Source: Octopus bimaculoides (taxonomy: Eukaryota). Taken from it: a stretch of 45,571 bases of DNA. Location: NCBI RefSeq assembly GCF_001194135.2, contig NC_068982.1, positions 90,318,584 through 90,364,154 on the forward strand. Reading direction: 5' to 3'. Made by a program: the position numbers and the translations under genes. The notes under the pieces are model-generated. The model saw only the letters and a list, made by a program, of their open reading frames with translations, was not told the DNA's origin and ran no database searches. Numbering within the stretch: the first letter of the stretch is position 1; each line of letters opens with the position of its first letter. This document shows positions 1-12,707 of this stretch, in pieces.

Positions 1-299
1 TATATATATATATATATATATTGACAAGGAAAACCGGATTTCCTCTATGTCGATAATAGAAGAATTTCATTGGATAAAATTACAAAAAAAAAATTGTTTC
101 AATGTTCGTAAATTTTATTATCGATTTCTCCCGAAAATTGTTGTTTTCTTAAATGACATGGAAGATGACATAAGTGTAGAAGACTTTCAATAAAATTGCA
201 ATAAGTTAGTCAAACTGAAATATCCACACACATACGCACGCGCGCACGTGTGTCTGCATGCGGCAAGTTTAACTTTCTTTTCCTATTTTAGTCAGAAGA

Positions 300-730
300 G
301 GAAGATCACGGCTAATGATTTCTCAGGTCCTCAGAGATCAAAGCATTCCAGTGTTCACCAATCTGTCTGCCTTCTTTGTATATCCTAGATTTCATAGTCC
401 AATATGTTCTTCCTAACTTAAGGCGCTGAAATGGTTTGGCTACATTTATTTTCTATTTCTAATAGATCCAGTCACTACAAATACGCTCCCATGTTTGATG
501 CATCTTGTTCTGTTTACCCCAAGGCCGATACTAACTATAATTAAAAGTATACTATCCATGACCATCATGTTTTAGACAGGAAAATGTTTAATATGGTATC
601 TAACAGGTGTGCAACCCCGCGCATTATCCAGTAAAGTTACATTATCCAAGTTAATCATTTTTGAAGCAGTAGAGTATGATTTGAAGACGATTTGGTTGTT
701 ATTCGTATTAGGTCAAGCGTCAATTTACAG
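300..730 (+). repeat. Unclassified dispersed repeat (family D), two degenerate tandem pieces
   Basis: Segments such as gatcaaagcattccagt...catagtccaatatgttcttcc and ttgaagacgatttggttgttattcgtattaggtcaagcg resemble 9330-9560, 36660-36810 and the reverse complement of 26830-26930. Compared by eye. Confidence 0.5.
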
Positions 731-995
731 GCGCCTGGTCGGTTTCTATCCTGTTAACTGTACAAGTGGAAATAAGGTGGGTGACTGAGAAAGATAAGTG
801 TGTTGTTGAGTTAAACATGTAGTGTTATACAGAAGATATAAATGGACATCCTGTTTCCCTGCATGCTAAGTGAAGTTGTACACGTTGCTTCTGTGAGGTC
901 TTCCTTATCTGCATTTATGACGTCATTGCTGTTTGCTTATATTGATTGCTTACATTTGCTTATATTTATCGTTTAACTATTTCCTCTCCTTTTAG

Positions 996-1029
996 CTTTA
1001 CTGAGAAACCTAAAACACCCAATCATATA
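996..1029 (+). other. Possible micro-exon (FTEKPKTPNHI in one frame)
   Basis: Strong pyrimidine tract tttaactatttcctctccttttag ends at 995, and a GTTAGT donor-like site lies at 1030. No protein recognised. Confidence 0.15.
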
Positions 1030-1419
1030 GTTAGTAAAGTATAGGGTTTTAAAAATTAGATCGTTACGTGTTCATGGTGATGTAATAGCGGAGTTATTGT
1101 ACACTGAAAGGCATTGACCTTGTAGTTTTTTTCCGGTACTTTGTGGTCTGACTAAGACCCTTGCTACTTGTACCAAACAGGATTTGCCGTTAACTTTTCC
1201 CTTGGACAACATAGGTTTTATGAAGAGAGAAGTGTTGGAGGTCTTGGCCTATTTCTGTTCTTTTATAAAAAAAAAAGAAACAAAAATTCAATAACCAGAT
1301 CTGCGCCTTTTACAGGGATTTTCCAAGGGAACATTCATTATCTCATGAGACATTCGGCGGAACGATTTATTTTTACCGCCCAGACTTCGTTGGTAAGCGA
1401 GAGTGTCCTGATAATATGT

Positions 1420-1690
1420 GCATGCTATTGTCAATGGTTTTAGGTGCTTGCACTGTTACAAATATGAACGCATATCCTCTTCGCTTCAACTTCTCCTCTA
1501 ATCCAACAGAACGTTCAGAATGGAGAAAGGACTGCATCAACATCCGGATACTAGAGACTGCTTTTTGCAACGTGAAAAACAACGTGAAAAATTTGCTTTT
1601 TTCATGGACACCACATAATGTCTTGTCCTGGAATTGAACCTACGAGCTAAAGCTCTTAATCCGAACATCCGTTCCACTAGGCTATTCACT
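1420..1690 (-). mobile_element. Degenerate tRNA-derived SINE (head clear, body uncertain)
   Basis: On the minus strand: A-box-like TAGCCTAGTGG (1684-1674) and B-box GGTTCAATTCC (1640-1630). These are followed by caggacaagacattatgtggtgtcc, as in the SINE at 21292-21629. Confidence 0.55.
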
Positions 1691-2439
1691 ATGACTGAAA
1701 CAGAAGATATATAATTACAAAGCTAAAAGAGCTAGACAAAAATATTACAAAGCTTAAAATCATAAAATTATGGGAGGGTGCATAATATTTTTAGGTTGCC
1801 AGTCAACTAGCAGTATGCACGATTTTTATCCCTGCATTCATTCTTTCCTTTCCCGACAGTCTAAATGACGATGGTTTGTGTTTTTCTTAATCTCAGGTGA
1901 AATAATTTTACTCTCTGACCGGCAATTGTACTTAACCCAACCATCTTATAGATCTGTTGTCATATTACAAGACTGATCATGGTAGCATACGAGGGAACTT
2001 TCATTTTTCCTAAGTGGTTATAAAAAATTGAAGTCAGACAAGTATAGAATAAAATAAAACACATTGCGAAACGTTTGTATTTGGTGTGGCGCAGACGGAA
2101 GATAAAAATCTATATAGTCTTTATTGTTGTTTTAGAGAATTCTTTAATGATAAATGTTCCTAACGATGTCTTTTGCTCTTATTTTCAGTAAAAGTTTATA
2201 AACAAAAAAATTAAAATCTAGTTTCTAAGGAAGAAAACTGCATTATGACGATTGATATTTAGTTGGGTTACAGAAAGAAAAGTGGTTTTGCAACAAAGAT
2301 AATATTGCAGCAGCCGCTGCAGCCGGTGCCACGGTTGCTGCTGATGGGACATAATATTGATGGTTATGATGAGGATAATGATCACGTAGATATGGAGAAG
2401 GAAACGGAAGGACGAAAATGATGAAATAAAATGGTAATG

Positions 2440-2545
2440 GTGATGATGATCATGATGATGATGATGATGATGACGACGACGACGAAGACGACAACGACGA
2501 CGACGACGATGACGACGACGACGATCATCAGCACCATCATCATGA
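2440..2545. repeat. (GAT)n/(GAC)n trinucleotide repeat
   Basis: Seen directly. Confidence 0.95.
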
Positions 2546-3099
2546 GGAGAAAGAAAGGAGAGAAAAGGAGGAAGAAAAGTAGGAGGAAGGGGGAGAAGTA
2601 GAGAAGAAAGTGGAGTAGAAAGATGAAGAGAAAGAGGAAGGGGATGAATAAGAAAGGAGGAAGTTCAGGAGGAAGAAGAGAGAGAGGAAGAAGAGGCGGA
2701 AAGAAGAAGAGAGAGAGGAAGAAGAGAGAGAGAGGAAGAAGAGAGAGAGGAAGAAGAGAGAGAGGAAGAAGAGAGAGAGGAAGAAGAGAGAGAGGAAGAA
2801 GAGAGAGAGGAAGAAGAGAGAGAGGAAGAAGAGAGAGAGGAAGANNNNNNNNNNNNNNNNNNNNNNNNNNNNNNNNNNNNNNNNNNNNNNNNNNNNNNNN
2901 NNNNNNNNNNNNNNNNNNNNNNNNNNNNNNNNNAGAAGAAGAAGAAGAAGAAGAAGAAGAAGAAGAAGAAGAAGAAGAAGAAGAAGAAGAAGAAGAAGAA
3001 GAAGAAGAAGACGGAGAAGAAGAAGACGGAGAAGAAGAAGAAGAAGAAGAAGAAGAAGAAGAAGAAGAAGAAGAAGAAGAAGAAGAAGAAGAAGAAGAA
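2545..3099. repeat. Polypurine tract: degenerate GA-rich sequence, then about 9 copies of a 15-bp GAAGAAGAGAGAGAG unit (2712-2844), an N gap, then (GAA)n (2934-3099)
   Basis: Seen directly. It gives the spurious ERGRR and poly-E ORFs. Confidence 0.95.
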
Positions 3100-3549
3100 T
3101 CCTTTTACGTGTGTATACAGTAAGAATCTCATGATACATGCGGAGCTACAAATCCTGTACGAATAAGCGCGTATATAACAACTAGGGAATAAGTCAAAAG
3201 TCAAACACCTTAAAGGTCACGGTAAGCATTTAATACACAGAACAAATAAGAGCAACCCACCCACAAAGGAATGAGAAATTACTACACAGGTAGGGTCAGG
3301 GTAGCCCACATGTCCGGCGATATTTTGTAGATTGAGCCTTGAAGAATCCCACATCTCCTGGGTAGTGCTAAATTTTCAAAACAACAAAAGTGATATTTCC
3401 TTTTTTCTTCTTTCTAGGCTAAATTCCTCGAGCATGTAGATAAGTACTGTCTTTTTGTAGCATACCTCTATAATGCTTTTTCTTTACCATTACATTAGCA
3501 TCGAATCTCTGAATCCTCTGAATCTCTTTTGGCTCTCAATGCAAACATC

Positions 3550-3760
3550 AAGATGATGAGTGAGCTGGTTGAATCGTTAGCGCGCCAGGCAAAACGCTTA
3601 GCGACATTTCGACCGTCTTAACGCTCTGAGTTCAAATTCCTCGGAGGTAGACTTTACCTTTTATCCACTCGGGGTCGATACCAGTTGAACACTGGGGTCG
3701 ATCTAATCGACTTATCCCCTCCCCCGAAATTATTGGCCTTGTGTCAAGATTTGAAATCAA
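3550..3760 (+). mobile_element. SINE family A, near full length
   Basis: gagctgg..gaatcgttagc head, ctgagttcaaattcc B-box-like motif, gactttaccttttatcc..ggggtcgata core, ggccttgtgtcaagatttgaaatc tail. Matches many other copies in the window. Confidence 0.85.
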
Positions 3761-4245
3761 TGCTAGCAAAAGAGGAGTTGATGGTAATTTTATTTTCAAA
3801 TTAATATTTTGCCGATTATTTTTTTTCTCTTCGGTGCTACTCAAACACTAACTGTCTGTGCTTATCACTGTATTTGTTTATTAGGCAATTTTGTTTTGCT
3901 TTCTCTTTCATTTAATTGTCTCTGTCTCGGTAGAACATATTCACTATTATCACTATTGCACCTAACACCTCCTACCCCTACAACACAAGTGACAATAATG
4001 AACTTCTAGTAAACAAAGTAAAATAGATATTTGCAAAAACATATGCACAAAATAAAATTACTATAAAATAAAGTTTGTTTCTACTTCAGGTAATAAAGTA
4101 GATGTTAAAATATTTCGTAGCTCTTTATTGTCTTTTAAAAAGAGGCGGTTTTTTTATTATGTAACCCTGTGAGAAATCACTTTTTCTTGAGAGCTCTGAC
4201 AATGACGTCTGTTCGCTTATAAATTTTAAAATAATTAAAGAGTAC

Positions 4246-4803
4246 TAAAGCGACGAGCTGGGAGAATCGGTAACACTCTGCACGAAATGCTTAACGGTTT
4301 TTCTCCCGTCGCTACGTTCTGAGTGCAATTTCTTCCGAGATTTATTTTGCCTTTCATCTTTTTGCAGTCGATAAAATAATTAGCATTTGAGCACTTCCCC
4401 CTCCCCTCAACTTGCAGGCTTTGTGCCAAAATTTGAAATTATAAAGGCAGCGAGCAGGCAGAATCTTTAGCGCGCCGGACAAAATTCTTAGAGGCATTTC
4501 TTCCGTCTTTACTTTCTGAGTTCAAATTCTGCCCAGGTCGACTTTGCTTTCATCCTTTCGGGATTGATAAATTAAGTACCAGTGAAACACTGGGATCGAA
4601 TAGTCCTCTCCCACCAAATTTCAAGCCTTGTACCTTCAGTAGAAAATATTATTAAGGCAGCGAGCTGGCAGGATTGTTAGCACGCCGGGCAAAATGCTTA
4701 ACGCATTTCGTCCGTTTTTACATCCTGAGTTCAAATTCCGTCGAGGGTCGATTTTACCTATCAGCATTTGGGATGGCATTGTGCTAAAATTCGAAACTAA
4801 TAA
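4246..4803 (+). mobile_element. Three head-to-tail SINE family A copies (4246-4442, 4443-4653, 4654-4803; the third is internally deleted)
   Basis: Each starts with aa(g)gc(a/g)(a/g)cgagc(t/a)gg directly after the preceding tail (attat / tattatt). Confidence 0.85.
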
Positions 4804-4808
4804 TTTGT

Positions 4809-6110
4809 ATTACTAGTTCTAATATAGGCACAAGCCTGGAAAAATATGGTGAAAGGGTTAGTCGATTACATCAATCCTAGTTCATAACTGTTACTGTATT
4901 TTACCGAACTTGAAAGAATAAAAAGCAAAGTTGACTACGGGAGAATTAGAAATGGGAACATGAAGAGTCGAGAAAAAACAAGAGGAGGTTTCTGTTTCTT
5001 TAATATACTAACAAATTTTCCAGTTCACACCCTTTTTTTATTAATATATAAGAACAACAACAGTGAAATCTGGGGGAGCGGGGACCAGTCGATTACATCA
5101 GTCCCAATGCTCAAATAGTACTCATTTCATTGACCCCGAAACGATAAAAGGCAAAGTCGCCTTGATGGAATTTGAACACAGAGCGTAAAGACGGACGAAA
5201 TACTGCTAAGCAATTTATCCGATATGCTAACGATTCTGCCAACTCGTCGACTTAATAATGATTATAATAATGATATTAATAATGATGATTGTTTCCTACA
5301 AATGCAGAAGGACTGAAAATTTGTGTGTAAGAGTTAGCCAGTTTAGTCGACCTGAGTACTTCCTCGATAATTTATTTATAGGACCTCGTGTGATGCAAAA
5401 CAAAGTTAAACGAGTCGGGATTCAAACTCACAGCATAAGACGTCGGAGTAATGACCACTTGACATTTTCTCCACTCTTTAGCGATTCTCCAAATCTACCG
5501 GCAATAATTGTTTACATTGGCACAAGGTCAGAAATATTTCGGGAAATTGTATCGAGCCTATTTCTTGGCTAGTATTACATTTTCTTGACAACGAAAGGAT
5601 TGAAAGCAAATATCTGAGCGGTATTTGAACGTAGACCGTAATGTAGAGCCGTAACTAAATACTGCAATGTAATTAGTCCGGTTCTCTAAAGATTCTGCCA
5701 ATGCCCCGCTCTTTAATCCTATCTGCTATAGGCACAAAGCATGAAATTTGGGGTGTAGGGGATACGTCAATTACATTGAGCCTCAGTGCTTCACTGGTAC
5801 TTAATTTATCGACCCTGAAAGGACGAAAGGTAAAGTTGACCTAAGCGGACTTTGAACTCAGAATGTGAAGACGGACGAAACACTGCTAAGCATTTCGCTC
5901 TGTATGCTAACGATTGTGCCAGCTCGCCGCCTTCACCGCTCTATAATAATAACTTCAAACAAAGACACAAAGAAAGAGAGGAAAAGTCGATGATATTACC
6001 CTAAATATACTCGACTATGTTTAATAAACCTCTGAAGGTAGAAGCCTAAAGATGACTTCGGCGGTATTTGAACGCAAAAACGTAGAGCCGGGAGGAATAC
6101 TCTAAAGTTC
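4809..6110 (-). mobile_element. Six head-to-tail minus-strand SINE family A copies (about 4809-4970, 5063-5253, 5290-5502, 5503-5713, 5714-5933, 5945-6110)
   Basis: Reverse-complement motifs ggcacaag(g)cctgaaattt, gaaaggatgaaaggcaaagtcgacc, gaatttgaactcagaa and gctaacgattctgccagctcgccgcctt recur with varying decay. Confidence 0.8.
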
Positions 6111-6129
6111 TTTACAATATTTGTTCTAG

Positions 6130-6280
6130 CTCCTTATGTTCTGAGTTCAAATCCCGCCGATGTCGCAATTTGTCTCTTCTTTCTGGCATATCTAAAAGTA
6201 CTTTTCAGTTACTGCTATGGATATTGTCAATTAGCCCTTCTCCCAATGTCTGTGGCTTTGTACTTGTGCTGGAATTTCTA
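6130..6280 (+). mobile_element. 5'-truncated SINE family A
   Basis: gttctgagttcaaatcccgccgatgtcg ... gtggctttgtacttgtgctggaattt. Confidence 0.6.
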
Positions 6281-8160
6281 GAATAGGTAGAGGGTTACAA
6301 CTTTATACGTTATATATGAGCTTGTCCGCGGCCATAGTGTGTGTATTCTCTGCTTTTCTGTAAATTTATTTCTCGCCCCATTGTGCCACTTTTTCATCAC
6401 AAACACACGCACACATACATATGCCCCCCCCCCATACACACACACACGTACACACGCACGCAGATACATATCTGGTAGAGATATTTTCTATATGACTAAA
6501 GCAGTAAAATCCTACATTAATATATATAAATCTTAATCTTTTGTCTATATTCATGTGTGTACACCTTTATCATTCCCATAGCATCTATTATTATGTGATG
6601 TGTTTATTTTCAACTACAACTTAGTAACAGAATAATTACAGAACAGTCTACGGAGAAAATATTAAAAATGTCCATCAACGTGTTTATGAGAAGATAAATA
6701 CGAAATAAGGTTAAATAAACATTTAAATATATATTTAAAATGTATATTTAATGTATATTTAATGTAAAAAGCTGAACTATTTTCACAGTAAGGAAGCTGA
6801 ACAAATATCTTAAAAGCCCTCCAAAATGGTGACATTATATTATCCCCAATCCAGAAATGTCAGAAAATAGAAGTAGATTCTATCATTTATGCCGTACATA
6901 TGATTAAATATACTCAGTGGAAAGATTATTGTTCTGGCTCTCACCCTTATCTTCGATTGATGGAAATGATAATAAGCATATTGTTGTAGAGCAACCTCAC
7001 GCTTGCGGACAAAATTTCGCTTGTATTCAAATTTGAAATCGCCTGCTGGTTAATTAATGCATAATAGCATTTTAATTAATCTTGCTTCGTGTGATTGCGT
7101 GCATATCTAAGAATTTGTACAATCAGAGTTGTAATTTATTTTTCCTCACAGGTTCTTCTGCACTTACAATTCTCTGTTGCAGAGGAAATGTTCATATGGT
7201 TTACACGTTAAATAATTTGAACGGATCAATATAGTGTGAAAACGCATTAGCAAAGCCAGTTATAAACTCAGATTTCTAGCAGCTCGTTTTAGAAATATTT
7301 AAAAATCTACGTTAATGATTGATAAAGAAAACACTCCACCTGATGTCAGACAAACTTCTTGATTCCAACGGAGATTTATGAAAATAATAAGTTAGTAAGG
7401 AAAGAAAAGAAAACGGGATATCGTACGGTGGTAAATATCATATAAATTAATATTAGTTCTTACTGACGCCTTTGATTGTCTCTTCTATCAACTGAAAGAC
7501 ACCTACAAATTAGCTTCCAGCGATGCCAAAACGCTAGCCTTCAATATGATCGTCATCAACATATGTTGATAATGCTAACCTTTCTTATCAATAAGCTAGG
7601 CCAACTCACACACTTCCACACGTCAATAAATGTGTAGTTTTGAAAACTGTATTTATCATCACCTACACTTCCGATTCAGAGATACGTTCCACCATAACAA
7701 CAAGGGCAGCAACAGCAAATACAGCAAACAAACAAAAATACATTTAACTTTAAAATTGAGGTTCCTATGGTTACTACAACTTGATATTATTGAAGTGATG
7801 TTACAATAAACATCACGTCAAAAGATATACTGCAGTAGTATCGAAACCTTATTGGAAGTAGCGAACTGACATCTACACTGCATTATATACCATGCAACGC
7901 GACATATCGAAGTGTTCAAAGTTATCTTGATCTAGGCGGGGTTAAGATATTCTGCAAGTATAAATTAATGCATTTACACCAAACCATTCAATCGACGAAT
8001 TAACGACCTGCCAGCCAAGACACAGTTGAAAGAGAGCTAACTTTAGTTTACAGAACAATATAAACATCAATGTAAAAGTGTCAAATGTCTCTTTAACAGA
8101 CAATGTTAGATAGAGTTTTTCTGTAGAAAATAATATATACGTAGAGATTATAACAGAGTT

Positions 8161-8204
8161 TCATACATACATACATACATACATACACACATACATACAA
8201 ATGC

Positions 8205-8261
<57 letters not shown>

Positions 8262-8300
8262 TAGATAGATAGATAGATAGATAGATAGTTAGATAGTTAG
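8161..8300. repeat. Compound tetranucleotide microsatellite (CATA)n-(CAGA)n-(TAGA)n
   Basis: Seen directly. Confidence 0.95.
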
Positions 8301-8884
8301 ATATCGAAATCGCATTCACTGGTCGATGAAATGGTTTTATCAATATCTGTTTTCTGTCCTTTCCCCTAACTGTCAAACACATTGTTGAACAATATTTTCA
8401 CATACACACATGCACACATATAAATACATACACACACAAATACACACACACACACACTCAAATACACACACAAATACGCGCACGCACACACACACACCGG
8501 GGAAAATGATGGCATGATTATTCAAAGTAATATGAAACAGTGATGCTAAGCAATTGTCAGTAATATACACAGCACTTCATGTGTTATATAATAAAGAGCA
8601 GAACACAAATAACATAGAACGGTATTTTACCGGTTTAATACGGAAAGTTTGTGAGTTAGATCAAAATTACTCAGAAATACATAACAGGGTTTTAAAATGA
8701 CGACATTAATAAGAGTAAGATTTTAGAAATGCTTATAAATACAGTTTCTCGTTGAAAGTCACACGTGGATTCTTTTTCCTCTTGTAAAATCGACGGAGAA
8801 TAAAACATACATTTTACGAGAATTGGCAAAAAATGATTTACTACTGTCTGCATTCATTCAACGAATCACGTGTGCCTTGCATTG

Positions 8885-9150
8885 AGACTAACCGAAGAGC
8901 TTTGTTTGAAGTCAATACAACAGAGATTGATGGATTTGGTATCTGTTGATACAGATAATCTAATATATGATATGTGTGAGAAATGCCTATGAAATTGCAA
9001 ATGGCTCTTGGATAGTAAAGCTGTTGAGGAAATGAAAGATTTCTGAATTATTTGAGTCGGATCAAGCTGTTTAATGTCAAGGGTAAATATGTGTGAGTTT
9101 ACTTCTGGCAATATAGTTGGTTCTCCGGCTGCAGAATTAGTCTTTAGAGA
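8885..9150 (-). pseudogene. Decayed non-LTR retrotransposon (RTE-like) reverse transcriptase fragment, N-terminal RT motifs
   Basis: The minus frame reads SLKTNSAAGEPTILPEV...HFSHISYIRL...NLCCIDFKQSSSV. This resembles RTE ORF2 motifs SLKNNKAAGPDNIPPEV / GRSTISQILTL / LTFIDFKKAFDS in the correct order. The spacing is shorter than canonical, which implies internal deletions. Confidence 0.5.
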
Positions 9151-9329
9151 AGTGGTTGTCTTCCTTGATCTTCTTTGCCAAAATCACTAATTTGCCACTA
9201 ATCAAGACGAAAGATATATCAATTTAAAATATTTTATCTATCCTCTACAGTAAATAACTTAGTAACAACTTCAATATTAAATAAGCTAGAGAGTCCAACA
9301 TAACCTGAGAACGAATTTTAAATTCATCA

Positions 9330-9560
9330 TCTTTGCTCACACCATCTCTGATCGAGAAAACTTATGACTGAAGACATTATATTCATGACCGTCATGTAAT
9401 GTATTTCGATGTAACCAGTCTAAAAAACCATATCGTTCATAATATCCATCCTTCCTTTAAGACGTCAGGGGGTGCTTTGAGGCATATTTGACAAATATTT
9501 CTAACAGGTTGAGCGAGCTCTAAGAAGTTTCTCCATTGTCTAGCCTCGCTCCAGTGGCTT
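9330..9560 (+). repeat. Family D dispersed repeat copy
   Basis: gactgaagacattatattcatgaccgtc...tccttcctttaagacgtcagggggtgctttgaggcatatttgacaaatatttctaacaggttgagcga resembles 500-730. Confidence 0.5.
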
Positions 9561-9869
9561 CCTTCAGCCATGTTATAAACGACGTGTTAGAATAAATTAA
9601 AAAAAAACGCAATAAATAGTTTTTCTAGCATAGACGGTAGATAAAAACTAATGAGATACCTAGCAAAGCGTTTCAATGGTAAAGATGGATGCTAGCGGGC
9701 AGCTTCCGTTTCAAATGTTCACAACCAAAGAGCATCATCAAATATGCACGAAAGACCATTTTTATTAGGCACTTGAATGATGACAAAAAGGTTACATGTC
9801 CTTGAAAACCAAGAGGTTTGATTTGAAATATAATATTGTGTCTGAGTGTGAGTGCGCACGCACGCACAG

Positions 9870-10180
9870 ATACGTATACATATATAAATATATAAATATA
9901 TATATATATGTATATGGTGGTGGTGGTGGTGGTGGTGGTGGTGGTAGTGGTGGTATTTGCAGTGGTGGTGGTGGTGGTGGTGGTGGTATGGGTTGTGGTG
10001 GCTTTTGGCTGTTGTTGTTGGCGGTGGTGGTGGTGGTAGTGGTGGTGGTAGGCATGGTGATGCTGCTGCTGATGATAATTGGCGATGGTAGGTGGCGGTC
10101 GGTGGTGGTGGTGGTTAGTGATGATGAAAATGATGATGATGAAGATGATGATCTGAGAAGTAGAGCTGGTGGTGTGATGT
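9870..10180. repeat. (TA)n followed by (GGT)n and a degenerate GGT/GAT trinucleotide block
   Basis: Seen directly. Confidence 0.95.
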
Positions 10181-10234
10181 GATGTTCTGGTTATTTCATC
10201 CATGCGTTGGTTAAGAGAATTTGAAGTGTTTCAG

Positions 10235-10354
10235 GAATCATTCCCCCTACGGTTCCCATTTACAAAATATGAATATGAAAGAAACAATGAATCACATTTA
10301 TATCAAGATATATACCAGGTGTTGGAGGGAATGGTGGAAAAGACTGAAGGGCGA
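10235..10354 (+). other. Possible 120-nt exon (ESFPLRFPFTKYEYERNNESHLYQDIYQVLEGMVEKTEGR)
   Basis: Bounded by tgtttcAG (10233-34) and GTAAGC (10355). Length is divisible by 3 and two frames are open. Pyrimidine tract is weak and no homology is recognised. Confidence 0.15.
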
Positions 10355-10470
10355 GTAAGCATTGTAATAGAGCTTGGTATTTACAGGCTGAGATGGAGAG
10401 ATGCTGAAAGAATAGGGATGGGGGAATCAGATATACATGTATGTTTGTATGTTTATAACATAAGCATATG

Positions 10471-10517
<47 letters not shown>

Positions 10518-10580
10518 ATATATNNNNNNNNNNTATACATATGTTTATGAATATAAATACAAACATGCTTCGATATATAC

Positions 10581-10621
<41 letters not shown>

Positions 10622-12659
10622 AGCCTTACTGAAAATATGATTGTTTTCTAATTTTGTTTTTATGATTTCCTTGTAGCTTTTGATGTAGCTTTTGTGATTT
10701 CCTTGTAGCGTTTGTTGAACAGTAAAGTTCTCGAATCCATTATCTATCTTTTCGTCCTTGGTAGTCTAATCTTCTGGTTGGAGTGATGTTAGCATGTATT
10801 TCCGCTTCTTTTTGGAAGGCGGAATCACTGCAATTTGTGTAGACATTACCACTTAAATTTGAATGTTTGACTATGTCATGTGTAAATGTTTATTTCTGCA
10901 TGGAACTAGAGTATGGTGTATGTGCAATGGGCGCCGTGATGATAATGAATTTCCTAATTCAAAGAGTATTTAAATTCCCCTCCACAGATAATGGAATAAA
11001 TGAAGAAATAAACAGAATTAAACAAACGTTAAGCACCATCAAGGATGATAAACTAATAAAGTAAGACATAATACACGCACGAAAACAACACAATAAATAC
11101 TTCATCTCTACAGCACAGCACCTATTAAATACATTCAATTACACACAAACTGCATCACGTGAATCGAATGTATACTAATTAGTGAATAGATGAAAATATA
11201 ATCAAAACCCACATAAAACAGGAGACAAAATAGCATTATAGCAAAGTATAAACTCTCACTAATAATATACTGCAACATCAAAATTATAAAATCTTCCTAT
11301 CAATAGGTGGTCACAAGCATGGAAGTCAGGAAACAAGCCACGAACGACTAATGTGATTTAAAAATTAGATTGCAGACACGAAAATTATACATTTCAAGAC
11401 TGCAACTGTTGTACTAACTATAAATGTATGACGCTTCTCTGATCACTCATTATGTACTTGCAAAGTATAAAATAAATAAGCATTCTTTGCAATGCGCTGT
11501 ACCACAACACAATGCAATAATAGATTGGAAAATTCGAATGAAGAACATATATGTATCGCACAGAATTTCCCATAAAAATATATGATTAATGACGGAATCA
11601 ATACACACAACACAACCACATTATTAAATAAACACAGATAGCATACATTAGTCACAAACAAATATAAACAGTTGACTGTGTGGATATGGCGTCGTGTTAA
11701 TCTTGAACCTAAAAGAAAATAAAGTAAAATCTCATTCGTCCATCCTGGTGGATGCAGCCCCTTACGGTAATAATATTTCATCCAGAACATGTGTACTGGA
11801 AGGTTTAGAAACATTGATGATGATTTGGAGACTTTTACCATTCCAAACAATCCACAAGGAATGTATTAAAACAATCTAAGAAATCCAGCATAAAATCAAT
11901 AAAAAGAACCACTCCTGTATTCGATAAGTAGCTAATATATACATTTGTGTGTTTTTTGTGTGTGTGTGCTTATGTGTGTGTGTGTTTTTGTGTGCGTGCA
12001 TATGTTTTTGTGTGCATGTGCGTGTTTATGTGTGTGTGTGTGTCCGTGTGTTTGTGTGTTTTTCTGTGTAACAATATGGTATCAAAAATACTAGGATAGA
12101 TCAATATTTATAAATTATTATCATGTGTGATTACGTGCTACATCTTCATCATCAGTATGTATGTGTGTGCGTGCGTGTGCGCGTGTGTGTATGTACTATA
12201 CAGAGCACTACTCAACTTGTGTAAACAAAGCATTTTATATTTGAAGTACTGTATGACTAAGAATTAATTAGATTACTGACAGAAGTCCACCTTGAATTCA
12301 GACAGAAAGGAAGACTCGAGTATATATTTTAACAGAAAGAAGACGCTTATCACCTTGTTGGGATATTGGCTAATATTTTGTTGCCTAGGTTGCAATTGTT
12401 TAATTGGAATAATGAGCAGAGTGTGTTGATATTGTTGTATATAATAAATGATATTTGGGGATACATGGAGTATAAATGAAGCAAACAGAATAAGCGATGG
12501 AAACCAATTGAACGCTTTATATATAGATAAAAAGTTTAGTCTTACACAAACAACAAAAAATAAATCATCGACTTTTCATCGGGGAGAAGGTGAAAATGTA
12601 AACCTATCCAGAGTGAGATGAATAGAAAACAGACACACTTGAAACAGCTCATATCATTC

Positions 12660-12707
<48 letters not shown>

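Noticed and set aside
7152-7235. Strong acceptor ttttttcctcacAG, with similar sites at 1898 and 3417
   Set aside because: No convincing donor follows, and frames close within 30 codons. Isolated acceptors are common in T-rich DNA.
7555-7570. Perfect 16-bp palindrome ATCAACATATGTTGAT
   Set aside because: About one is expected by chance in 45 kb of AT-rich DNA. The 14-bp atgatccggatcat near 32226 arises from a GAT/ATC repeat switch.
9177-9197. WQISDFG, a kinase DFG-like peptide on the minus strand
   Set aside because: A stop follows after about 10 codons, and no other kinase motifs are present.
9673-10203. Poly-P/T/G/H ORFs, also at 27789-28450
   Set aside because: They derive from (GGT)n/(CAC)n low-complexity tracts, with no domain, splice context or unique coding flank.
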